32,000 nt of DNA, taken from contig PBAU01000002.1 in NCBI GenBank assembly GCA_002716355.1, forward strand, positions 1 through 32,000. Reading direction: 5' to 3'. A model generated the notes under the pieces. That model had not been told where the DNA came from. It did not search any database and saw only the letters and a program-made list of their open reading frames with translations. Shown in pieces: positions 24,247-31,784 of this stretch (positions are counted from its first letter, which is position 1; the number at the start of each line of letters is the position of its first letter). Source of the stretch: a bacterium. Lineage in GTDB: Bacteria; UBP7; UBA6624. A program made the position numbers and the translations under genes.

Positions 24247-25421
24247 TACATAAACTGAATGAGCCAGTTGCAATTATTGGAGCGAAAAGAACGCCTGTGG
24301 GTAAATTTGGTGGAGGCCTGGCGTCCTTGGCAGCAACCGAATTAGGCTCTATAGCGGCAAAAGCAGCAATAAAACAATCTGGTGTTGCATTACAAGACAT
24401 ATCTTTATCAATTTTTGGTCAAGTGCTACAAGCTGGCTGCGGACAAAATCCAGCACGACAAGTCGCACTTGGTGCTGGCCTTCAAGAAAGTAGCATTGCT
24501 TTTACATTAAACATGGTGTGTGGTAGTGGGCTAAAAGCAATACATACAGCAGCTCAATCCATAAGGGGAGGGGAGCATGATTTTGCAGTGGCAGGTGGTA
24601 TTGAATCAATGTCAAGATCTCCCTATTATTCAAAAAAAAGTCGTTGGGGTGTTGGGTATGGAAACATGTCCCTTGAAGATGGCATGCTTGTTGATGGCTT
24701 GACAGATGCATATAGTAAAAAACATATGGGCGAAGCTGCTGAGTGGGTTGCTGAAACATACAAAATTTCAAGATCAGCAATGGATGAATATGCCTTAAAC
24801 AGTCATAAAAAATCATTATCTAGTCGAAAAAAACTAAGACGTGAAATCATTCACGTGCACACTAGGAAAAAAAGTATAAATGAAGATGAGGGCCCCCGTG
24901 ATACATCTATTGAAAAACTTGAATCGCTAAAAGCTGTTTTTAAAAGGGATGGATCAGTAACTGCTGGAAACTCATCATCAATAAATGATGGTGGAGCAGC
25001 TGTTGTTTTGGCATCTAAAAAAACTGTTGAAGAAAGAGGTTTAAAGCCGTTATGCTGGATCAGAGATTCTGTTGATGGTGGAGTGAAGCCAGAACAGGTT
25101 CTCATGAGTCCTGTTTCTGTTTTCAAAAGGATGAGACTTACTTTTGGTTTAGGTGTGAAAGATTTTGATGTCATTGAAATAAATGAAGCGTTTTCGTGCC
25201 AGATGGTTGCCCTTCAGAGAGAATTGAAAATTAATCAAAATCAATTAAACCCTTTGGGTGGCGCTGTTGCCCTTGGACATCCTATTGGTTGCTCAGGTGG
25301 GAGAATTGCTGTTTCCCTGCCGTATCAACTGGAAAACTCGGCAAATGGCATGGGTTTTGCTGCGTTATGTCTGGGTGGCGGTAATGGTACGGGTTTGATT
25401 TTTCAGAGGAGTTTGAATTAA
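24243..25421 (+). CDS. Acetyl-CoA C-acetyltransferase (thiolase II)
   Basis: Active-site Cys context NMVCGSGLKAI, NEAFSCQ, GGAVALGHPIGCSG and ALCLGGGNGTGLIF. Confidence 0.9.
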   Translation: MIHKLNEPVAIIGAKRTPVGKFGGGLASLAATELGSIAAKAAIKQSGVALQDISLSIFGQVLQAGCGQNPARQVALGAGLQESSIAFTLNMVCGSGLKAIHTAAQSIRGGEHDFAVAGGIESMSRSPYYSKKSRWGVGYGNMSLEDGMLVDGLTDAYSKKHMGEAAEWVAETYKISRSAMDEYALNSHKKSLSSRKKLRREIIHVHTRKKSINEDEGPRDTSIEKLESLKAVFKRDGSVTAGNSSSINDGGAAVVLASKKTVEERGLKPLCWIRDSVDGGVKPEQVLMSPVSVFKRMRLTFGLGVKDFDVIEINEAFSCQMVALQRELKINQNQLNPLGGAVALGHPIGCSGGRIAVSLPYQLENSANGMGFAALCLGGGNGTGLIFQRSLN

Positions 25422-25445
25422 TCTGTTAGAATTGCTCATTACGTA

Positions 25446-25586
25446 ATGAGTACATTAAGAACATATCAGCCTAAAAAAAGGCACAGAAAGCGTGTACATG
25501 GATTCAGAAAGAGAATGCTGCGCCCAGGTGGAAGAGCTGTTGTTAGAGCAAGAAGGCGTAAGGGCAGAGCCAGACTCACTCATTAA
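25446..25586 (+). CDS. rpmH: 50S ribosomal protein L34
   Basis: Manual translation gives [46 protein letters not shown]. It is below the ORF-track size cut-off. Confidence 0.95.
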   Translation: MSTLRTYQPKKRHRKRVHGFRKRMLRPGGRAVVRARRRKGRARLTH

Positions 25587-25587
25587 A

Positions 25588-25920
25588 TTGTCGAAAAGCT
25601 CTTTATGGAACCACAGCCTTAAAGGATGGGCATACTTTAATCCTAGAAAAACTCGTAGAAAAACCATCAAGCTGCAAAAAAATGTGGATTTTTCATTATT
25701 GGAGCTAAAAACTAAAGTACCAAAAATTGGTATTGTTCTGACGAAAAAATGTGGAAAAGCTGTTGTTAGAAACCGAACCAAGAGGCAGGTCAGAGCGTGG
25801 TTTTTAAAAAACACAAGTCACCTCTCACCTAAAGCAAGAATATTGCGTTTCCATGGGGAGTCCGCAGGACCATTGACGGAAATTCTAAAATCCGTATCGA
25901 GACATTGGGATGATAAGTAA
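25588..25920 (+). CDS. rnpA: Ribonuclease P protein component
   Basis: GKAVVRNRTKRQVRAWF is the RnpA RNR motif, and the gene sits in the canonical rpmH-rnpA-yidD-yidC order. The track ORF starts at ATG 25492 inside rpmH. I prefer the in-frame TTG at 25588, one nt after the rpmH stop. The start is uncertain. Confidence 0.75.
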   Translation: MSKSSLWNHSLKGWAYFNPRKTRRKTIKLQKNVDFSLLELKTKVPKIGIVLTKKCGKAVVRNRTKRQVRAWFLKNTSHLSPKARILRFHGESAGPLTEILKSVSRHWDDK

Positions 25921-26122
25921 AATTTTTATTTCTCTAATTAAGTGTTATAGAAAAAACATAAGTCACCTTTTTCCTCCATCGTGCCGTTTTTCTCCAACTT
26001 GTTCAAAATATTGCCTTGAAGCATTTGAAAAATACAATCCAATAAAAGCTTTTGTTCTATCTTGTTCTAGAATTTTAAGATGTAACCCTTTGTGTAAGGG
26101 TGGGGATGATCCTTTAACATGA
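25910..26122 (+). CDS. yidD: Membrane protein insertion efficiency factor YidD
   Basis: LIKCYRKNISHLFPPSCRFSPTCSKYCLEAFEKYN...RILRCNPLCKGGDDPL is the YidD signature. Confidence 0.9.
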   Translation: MISKIFISLIKCYRKNISHLFPPSCRFSPTCSKYCLEAFEKYNPIKAFVLSCSRILRCNPLCKGGDDPLT

Positions 26123-26868
26123 CAGAGTCGTTAGCTAAAGCTTTTTTTGCATTAATTGAAATATTGCATTCATTCACAAATGCTTATGGCTTTGATTTAA
26201 TAATATTGACGATCATTGTAAAAACAGCTCTTTACCCATTAACAATGCAACAAATGCGTAATCAGAGGTTGATGCAGAAGATGGCACCAGAATTGAAGAA
26301 ACTAGACCATCTCAAAAACAAAAACCCTCAAGAGTATCAACAAAAAACAATGGATTTATACAAGAAATACAAGACAAACCCTTTGGCTGGGTGCTTGCCA
26401 ATGTTTATCCAGTTTCCAATAATTATTGCATTGTTCAGAATGTTAAGAGATCACTCAATAAATAATGGGGTTTTTTTAACTGAAAATCTGTTTGGCGTAA
26501 ACCTTGGGGCAACCCCAGTTGCAACAGTTGTGTCCCTTTCAGAGGCACAAAGGCTAACTGGCTCAACAGCTCTACCATCACCATGGGGGAATGACCCAAC
26601 CTTTATTAGCTTTTATTGGCCAGCCTTAATTCTTTTAGCTTTCTACCTCGGGACAACAGTTCTTTATCAAAACCAAATGATGCCAGCAAAAAAGGAAGGT
26701 GAGGACAGCATGCCTCAGCCTTTTAATCCAAAAATATTTACATTCATGATTTTAATTTGGGGATTATTTTTCCCAGCTGGTTTAATTTTTTACTTCATTG
26801 TTTTTAATGTTGTAAGCATTTTTCAAACAAAAATGATCTATAAAAAATTAGATGCAGAAAATGCTTAA
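26119..26868 (+). CDS. yidC: Membrane protein insertase YidC, short form (no large periplasmic P1 domain)
   Basis: GFDLIILTIIVKTALYPLTMQQMRNQRLMQKMAPELKKL ... NPLAGCLPMFIQFPIIIALFRML is the YidC/Oxa1 core. It is only 249 aa. Confidence 0.9.
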   Translation: MTESLAKAFFALIEILHSFTNAYGFDLIILTIIVKTALYPLTMQQMRNQRLMQKMAPELKKLDHLKNKNPQEYQQKTMDLYKKYKTNPLAGCLPMFIQFPIIIALFRMLRDHSINNGVFLTENLFGVNLGATPVATVVSLSEAQRLTGSTALPSPWGNDPTFISFYWPALILLAFYLGTTVLYQNQMMPAKKEGEDSMPQPFNPKIFTFMILIWGLFFPAGLIFYFIVFNVVSIFQTKMIYKKLDAENA

Positions 26869-27736
26869 AAAAAACCAAAAAACTGACCAGGGCAAAAAAA
26901 TTCATTATTTCTTCAGTGGTCCAACAGGTAGACTTGCTTGGATACTATTTGCATTATTTATCTTTCTGGCAATACCACAAAAAAACAAAACGGCCAAGTT
27001 AAGTATGGTTAAAAACGATTTAACTCTTTCTGAAAATTTTTACGAACTTCATATTTTTCCTGAAGAAAAAATGCTTGATCTTGATACTGGAAGTTTTGAA
27101 GAAGCTGTAACAATGCTTGATTTTTTTCTTTCATATTCCGATTTATACAAAATAAAAATTGCATTGCCTGAAAATTATCAACTAATTGATGATTTAAGGT
27201 TGTTTTTAATAAGTTTTGTTAACGAGGAAATTGAATTTGACTTCATTGAATACCCAGAAAAAGATTATGCTGCTGGGGGGTTTGTGCTGTGGACCGATTC
27301 AAAATCTACCTTTAACGAAAAGCTGTCTATCAAAAAATCCATGGAAAATCTTAAAGAAGAGGAGTACAGGTTGCTTGAATCAACCTGGTTAACCGCTGCA
27401 CAAAAAACCAAAAGTCCCGTTTCGTCAATTCAAAATGGTTGGATTTTTATTGAGCACCCTTACAGAAATCCAAAAGAAGAATTTCTAATTATGGATAATG
27501 TTTCTTTTGTGGAGTTGGATATGGGTATTGATGCTGATTTTCTTAAAAAGAATAAACGAGTTTGGAAGGGCAGCATAAAGCCAAGTGCTTTAAGACTCAT
27601 TATTGGTTCTTTCTGTTTTTCTTTTTGCAGTGATGGTGAGGTTATGCCTAATTTACCAATCGTGATTAAAATCACAAATGGCATGACAACTCATTGGTCT
27701 TCAGGGTACCCGCAACAAGGGTGGTTAAATCATTGA
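26852..27736 (+). CDS. Hypothetical membrane-anchored protein, in the position usually held by jag/khpB
   Basis: One TM helix (LAWILFALFIFLAIP). I see no KH or R3H motifs. 294 aa. Confidence 0.45.
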   Translation: MQKMLKKNQKTDQGKKIHYFFSGPTGRLAWILFALFIFLAIPQKNKTAKLSMVKNDLTLSENFYELHIFPEEKMLDLDTGSFEEAVTMLDFFLSYSDLYKIKIALPENYQLIDDLRLFLISFVNEEIEFDFIEYPEKDYAAGGFVLWTDSKSTFNEKLSIKKSMENLKEEEYRLLESTWLTAAQKTKSPVSSIQNGWIFIEHPYRNPKEEFLIMDNVSFVELDMGIDADFLKKNKRVWKGSIKPSALRLIIGSFCFSFCSDGEVMPNLPIVIKITNGMTTHWSSGYPQQGWLNH

Positions 27737-28389
27737 ACAGTCAAATTCTCTCTATAGATGGCCCTGCCGGTTCTGGAAAAACTACAGTTACAAAATGTTT
27801 GGCTGAAAAAATTCAAGGCGCGTCCATAAGCAGTGGTCTTGTATATCGAGTTTTGGCTTTCATCTGCAATGAAGATTCGGAACTGGCTGAAACAATCCAT
27901 AATGTAAATGATTTTAAATCTGCCATCGAATGTTTAGGGTTTAAATTCCGGAACGGGTGCACGATTAAAAATTCAAAAAATCAAGACATTACTGAAATCT
28001 TCTATACAAAAACAATAGACCGAATCAGTAGCCGAATTGCAAAAAAGAAAGAGAATCGATTGATAGTGAGTGGTTTTCTTGCCTTTTTTGTTAAAGAATC
28101 ATGGGCAAAAAATTTTGATACCATTATTATTGAGGGAAGGGACATAGGGTCTGTAGTTTTTCCCGACGCTAAATGGAAAATCTATCTTGATGCATCTGTA
28201 GAGGCAAGAGTGTTGAGGAGGAATCAAGAGCGTGATGGCGCTGGTGATGACATCTCAAAAAGAGACAGGTCTGACAAGGATCGAAAAAACAGTCCGCTTG
28301 TTGTCCCCTCTGGAGCATTAATTATTGATTCAACTAGCTTGAACCTTAAGGAAGTTATTGCGTTAATATTAGAACACATCCATGAATAA
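27694..28389 (+). CDS. cmk: Cytidylate kinase
   Basis: P-loop ILSIDGPAGSGKTTV, IIIEGRDIGSVVFPDAKWKIYLDASVEARVLRR and PLVVPSGALIIDS. The track start at 27694 is a TTG 43 nt inside the upstream gene. GTG 27721 or TTG 27733 are equally plausible true starts. Confidence 0.85.
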   Translation: MVFRVPATRVVKSLNSQILSIDGPAGSGKTTVTKCLAEKIQGASISSGLVYRVLAFICNEDSELAETIHNVNDFKSAIECLGFKFRNGCTIKNSKNQDITEIFYTKTIDRISSRIAKKKENRLIVSGFLAFFVKESWAKNFDTIIIEGRDIGSVVFPDAKWKIYLDASVEARVLRRNQERDGAGDDISKRDRSDKDRKNSPLVVPSGALIIDSTSLNLKEVIALILEHIHE

Positions 28390-29074
28390 AAACAAAAAAT
28401 ACCCGTTTAGCATTCCGTCATATTGGTTTGCTGTCAACATATGTAAATTTTTTTTATTTTGCTGCAATTCGTTTCGATTTACAAAAAAAGACAAATTCAA
28501 AAACAAAAAACCTGTTATATTTGTTGCAAACCACACAAGTCATTTTGATCCACCACTAATAGTCAGTTCAAGAAAAAGGCCTGTAAGGTTTTTGGCGAAA
28601 TCATCCTTATTTAAGGGTTTGCTAGGAGCAGGTATGAAATCTTGGGGTCAAGTACCTGTTTATAGAACTGGAAAGATGGCAGGAATAAGCGTAATTAAAA
28701 TTGCAATTGATGTGGTATTAGCTGGATGGGATATTTGCCTGTTTGTAGAGGGTACGAGAAGCACAGACGGAATCTTTAAACCACATCGTGCTAAAACAGG
28801 AGCAGCGACCATAGCACACAAATCAAAAGCTTTTGTTGTGCCTGTTGGAATCATTGGTTCACATAATGCCTTTCCAAAAGGAAGCAAATTGCCAAAAAGA
28901 TGTCATTTAGATATAGTTTTTGGTGATCCGATTGAAACTGAAGAATTCTTTAGCGGCAAGCTGAACTCTCAAACCGCCAAAGTGTTTACAGAAAAAATTG
29001 TCAGAAGCATTGATGAGCTTTTGCCCGAAAATCAAAAAGCACTGTCAGAATCATGGAAAAGGTTTAAGGGTTAA
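28382..29074 (+). CDS. plsC: 1-acyl-sn-glycerol-3-phosphate acyltransferase
   Basis: Acyltransferase motif I FVANHTSHFDPPL (HX4D), motif III FVEGTRS and motif IV VVPVGIIG. Confidence 0.85.
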   Translation: MNKNKKYPFSIPSYWFAVNICKFFLFCCNSFRFTKKDKFKNKKPVIFVANHTSHFDPPLIVSSRKRPVRFLAKSSLFKGLLGAGMKSWGQVPVYRTGKMAGISVIKIAIDVVLAGWDICLFVEGTRSTDGIFKPHRAKTGAATIAHKSKAFVVPVGIIGSHNAFPKGSKLPKRCHLDIVFGDPIETEEFFSGKLNSQTAKVFTEKIVRSIDELLPENQKALSESWKRFKG

Positions 29075-29085
29075 AATGCTCTTTT

Positions 29086-29158
29086 GCGCTCGTAGCTCAA
29101 CTGGCAGAGCGTCGGCTTGCGGAGCCGAAGGTTGTAGGTTCAAGTCCTACCGGGCGTG
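29086..29158 (+). tRNA. tRNA-Arg, anticodon GCG (hand-folded)
   Basis: Cloverleaf: acceptor GCGCTCG/CGGGCGT (G1-U72 and U5-G68 wobbles), D-stem GCTC/GAGC, anticodon stem TCGGC/GCCGA, loop TTGCGGA, T-stem GTAGG/CCTAC, T-loop TTCAAGT, discriminator G. No CCA is encoded. Confidence 0.8.
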
Positions 29159-29175
29159 TATACACAACTGAACAA

Positions 29176-29248
29176 GCGCTCGTAGCTCAACAGGCAGAGC
29201 GAGGCCCTCCTAAGGCCTAGGCTAGAGGTTCGAGTCCTCTCGAGCGTG
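29176..29248 (+). tRNA. tRNA-Arg, anticodon CCT (hand-folded)
   Basis: Acceptor GCGCTCG/CGAGCGT (G1-U72), D-stem GCTC/GAGC, anticodon stem AGGCC/GGCCT, loop CTCCTAA, T-stem AGAGG/CCTCT, T-loop TTCGAGT, discriminator G. No CCA is encoded. The 5' 16 nt are identical to the neighbouring tRNA. Confidence 0.85.
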
Positions 29249-29249
29249 T

Positions 29250-30350
29250 TCAGTTAAGTATTTTTGATTCTGTTTTTGCAAAATGGAAACTTTTAGGCAA
29301 ACCTAAAATTCCCAACATACGATTTCCACTTAAGGCATGTTGTAGTTGTTTGTAATTTTTATTTGATGGCTTTCTGTCAAACGCACCGTCAATTCTGGTG
29401 GGCTGACTTGGAATCTGATAGCCCTCTTCTCTAAATTCTGGAAACCACTCATTCGCTTTGTCCTTTAGAATTTTATGGATTCTTCTTTTAGCAAACATTG
29501 AACTGGCAAACCATGCATCGTCAAACCAGGCACCCACAAAAACACGCCTACCTTCTTTTGCGGGTGAGTCTGAATCACCCATTCTCATACAGCCAACAAT
29601 AAGGTTTTCATCGATCGGAGCTGCTTCTGGTATTGCTTGAGATATATGAAACTCTCCTGAATGCTTTCCGTTAGCAGAACCGACAATTTGAACAAACCTT
29701 GATTGTGGCCAACCCATCTTTTTGCCTATCGCATCGGTAGAAATATTACAATTGCTGATATTGGCTTCATCAACTACAGATCCACCTGATGCCTTCCATA
29801 AACTTTCCACTTCTGATCTCCATGTTTGAACATTAAGCATCATCCATGGTTTGATATCTTGCTTTAACAATTCAGCCACACCAGTTAATCTGTTTTCAGA
29901 CGGTTGACTAGAGCCTGTTGCAACAAGCAATAATTGCATCCATTTTACCCAGTTTGAATTTTTATGTGTTTCAAACCTGTATTCCTTCATGGGTGGAAAA
30001 AAGGAAAAACTTCTATCTAGTGGTATCCCGGCTTTTTGAGCCAGGTATTCAAGGGTGTGTTTATCCCAATCACGAGTTTGTGCAGCAACCAAAAGGTCAG
30101 AAATCTCTTCTGGAGAACCTTCAATCTCCTGAACTTTAGAGCAAAACTGAACCGGATCAGAACAGACATCAAGTGATTTGTCTCCAAGATGCAATTTTGT
30201 CTTGAGGTATTGGTGTGCAATGCCAGTGGGTGGCGTTCCAAGAAAAACATAAGGCTCTTGTGGGTGCCTTGTTTTTTTTTCTTTGGTTTTTTTAAGCCAG
30301 AAGCCTGGCTTGTGTTTGGCAACGATGCTTTGAGCGGCATAAACCGCCAA
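29250..30350 (-). CDS. Hypothetical protein (366 aa, soluble, no family recognised)
   Basis: Long uninterrupted ORF with no TM helix or signal peptide. Its stop lies 1 nt from the tRNA-Arg(CCT) 3' end, in convergent orientation. I cannot match any motif with confidence. Confidence 0.5.
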   Translation of the reverse strand: MAVYAAQSIVAKHKPGFWLKKTKEKKTRHPQEPYVFLGTPPTGIAHQYLKTKLHLGDKSLDVCSDPVQFCSKVQEIEGSPEEISDLLVAAQTRDWDKHTLEYLAQKAGIPLDRSFSFFPPMKEYRFETHKNSNWVKWMQLLLVATGSSQPSENRLTGVAELLKQDIKPWMMLNVQTWRSEVESLWKASGGSVVDEANISNCNISTDAIGKKMGWPQSRFVQIVGSANGKHSGEFHISQAIPEAAPIDENLIVGCMRMGDSDSPAKEGRRVFVGAWFDDAWFASSMFAKRRIHKILKDKANEWFPEFREEGYQIPSQPTRIDGAFDRKPSNKNYKQLQHALSGNRMLGILGLPKSFHFAKTESKILN

Positions 30351-30383
30351 AGCATCATCACCCTGTATGTTTCTATTCAGGAA

Positions 30384-31721
30384 CTAAAAGCTGCCTTTTA
30401 CATTCCATGACAGTTGCCAATTGTTGTCATTGTTGCCCGATTCATTACCCCAGTCAAGCACCCAAGACATCTTTACATTATCAGCAGCCTGTCTGGATAA
30501 ACCTAATGATAGGTAGTCAACATTGTTTCGGAAAGAACCAAACATGTTTGATGTAACGCCTGTTTTCCTCCACGCAATGCTTCCATCCCAGCCGTCAAGC
30601 AAGTTTATATTTGTCTTGATCTCATAGCTGCTGTCGCCACTGTTTTGTGATGCAGCATCCCAGAGATAAGTAATATTAAGATCTTTGTTTATAAGATTTA
30701 ATGTAGACGCAATGCTTCCAACCTTACCACCTGCATTTTCAGTCCAACCAAAAGTGCCAGGAAGGCCGAAGACCAATGAATCTGATGTTGCTTGCAGGAA
30801 TGTAATCTCACTCATCGTGCTTGCATTGTTATCATCCATCCAACCTGTAACAAATCTATAATCCTTCAATTCACCGCCTATCACAGCACCCTCGAATGCC
30901 TGGTAAGGATTCCATGAGAAATTGGACTGTGTCCAGAAAGGTTCAAACCTTCCAACTACATAATCCAAACCATTTGCAGATGATTTGCCGTTGTAAACCA
31001 TGTATGTTTCATGAAGGTCAAAAGCCCAATTCCTTGAATCACCGTTTACGTTTCCATCAAAATCATTTGATGTTACAGGTACCCATGGCCCCCCTCTCAT
31101 AAACATGTTTCTTCCGCCGACAGCCATGTCGTCCATTTCGGTTTGCAAAGACATTCCGAACATGAAGTCACCTGATTCATGGGCCATATCCATTCTCATG
31201 TGACCCCATAGGTTTTCTGTATTGTTGCCCCCGCCTTGCTGTTCGCTCAATTCAAAACCATAAGTAAAAGCAAAACCTGGACCGCCACCTGGGCCAATCC
31301 TGCTGATTCTGTCATCAAGATTCTCAACCTCACTCCAGAGGTCCATAACCTCACCAGAAAGAGCATCGATTCTCAATTCATTAGCGGCAATTGCAGCCCT
31401 AACTTCATCAAGCTCAGCGTCAAATTCACTTCTCAACATGGCCATTAGGCCAGAAACGTCATCAGGGGTTCCACCCTCGCTTCCGCCAAATCGCATAGCC
31501 AGGTCTCTTTCAAGCCTTGCAAGCATAACTGCCCATTCGTATCTTGTCATTTTCTCATCGCCTTTAAACTCCTCATCAGGGTATCCAATCACATAGCCTT
31601 TTGCTGCAAGGTATTCAACAGCATCGTATGCCCAATGATCTACAGGAACATCATCAAAAGCTCCTGCCTTCAGGTTAAAAGAAAACACAAATGCTAGTGC
31701 TATCAATAAGATATTTTTCAT
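30384..31721 (-). CDS. OmpM-like outer-membrane protein: signal peptide, SLH domain, coiled coil and C-terminal beta-barrel
   Basis: Signal peptide MKNILLIALAFVFSFNLKAGA. SLH motif FDDVPVDHWAYDAVEYLAAKGYVIGYPDEEFKGDEKMTRYEWAVMLARL. Heptad-rich LRSEFDAELDEVRAAIAANELRIDALSGEVMDLWSEVENLDDRISRI. The Gly/aromatic-rich body has alternating beta-strand patterns and ends ...LSWNVKGSF (terminal Phe). GGAGGT Shine-Dalgarno (complement of 31731-31736) lies 9 nt upstream of the ATG. Confidence 0.75.
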   Translation of the reverse strand: MKNILLIALAFVFSFNLKAGAFDDVPVDHWAYDAVEYLAAKGYVIGYPDEEFKGDEKMTRYEWAVMLARLERDLAMRFGGSEGGTPDDVSGLMAMLRSEFDAELDEVRAAIAANELRIDALSGEVMDLWSEVENLDDRISRIGPGGGPGFAFTYGFELSEQQGGGNNTENLWGHMRMDMAHESGDFMFGMSLQTEMDDMAVGGRNMFMRGGPWVPVTSNDFDGNVNGDSRNWAFDLHETYMVYNGKSSANGLDYVVGRFEPFWTQSNFSWNPYQAFEGAVIGGELKDYRFVTGWMDDNNASTMSEITFLQATSDSLVFGLPGTFGWTENAGGKVGSIASTLNLINKDLNITYLWDAASQNSGDSSYEIKTNINLLDGWDGSIAWRKTGVTSNMFGSFRNNVDYLSLGLSRQAADNVKMSWVLDWGNESGNNDNNWQLSWNVKGSF

Positions 31722-31784
31722 AGTTCACAAACCTCCAAAAAAATAGTTACTCTATTAGATTATAGGGATATATTTGTTTTCTGG

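Noticed and set aside
25422-25445. Chromosomal origin (oriC) or dnaA region next to rpmH-rnpA-yidD-yidC
   Set aside because: Only 24 bp of intergenic DNA lie upstream of rpmH. There is no dnaA gene and no cluster of TTATCCACA-like boxes, and a thiolase gene sits directly upstream.
25492-25587. The ATG at 25492 as the rnpA start (142-aa track ORF)
   Set aside because: It would overlap 95 nt of rpmH in another frame, and the extra residues do not resemble RnpA. The in-frame TTG at 25588 gives a typical ~110-aa RnpA.
29086-31721. tRNA-associated genomic island or prophage remnant
   Set aside because: No integrase, recombinase, phage gene or direct repeat of the tRNA 3' end was seen downstream. 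The neighbouring gene is a core envelope protein. Only the orphan 366-aa gene stays unexplained, and it is reported separately.
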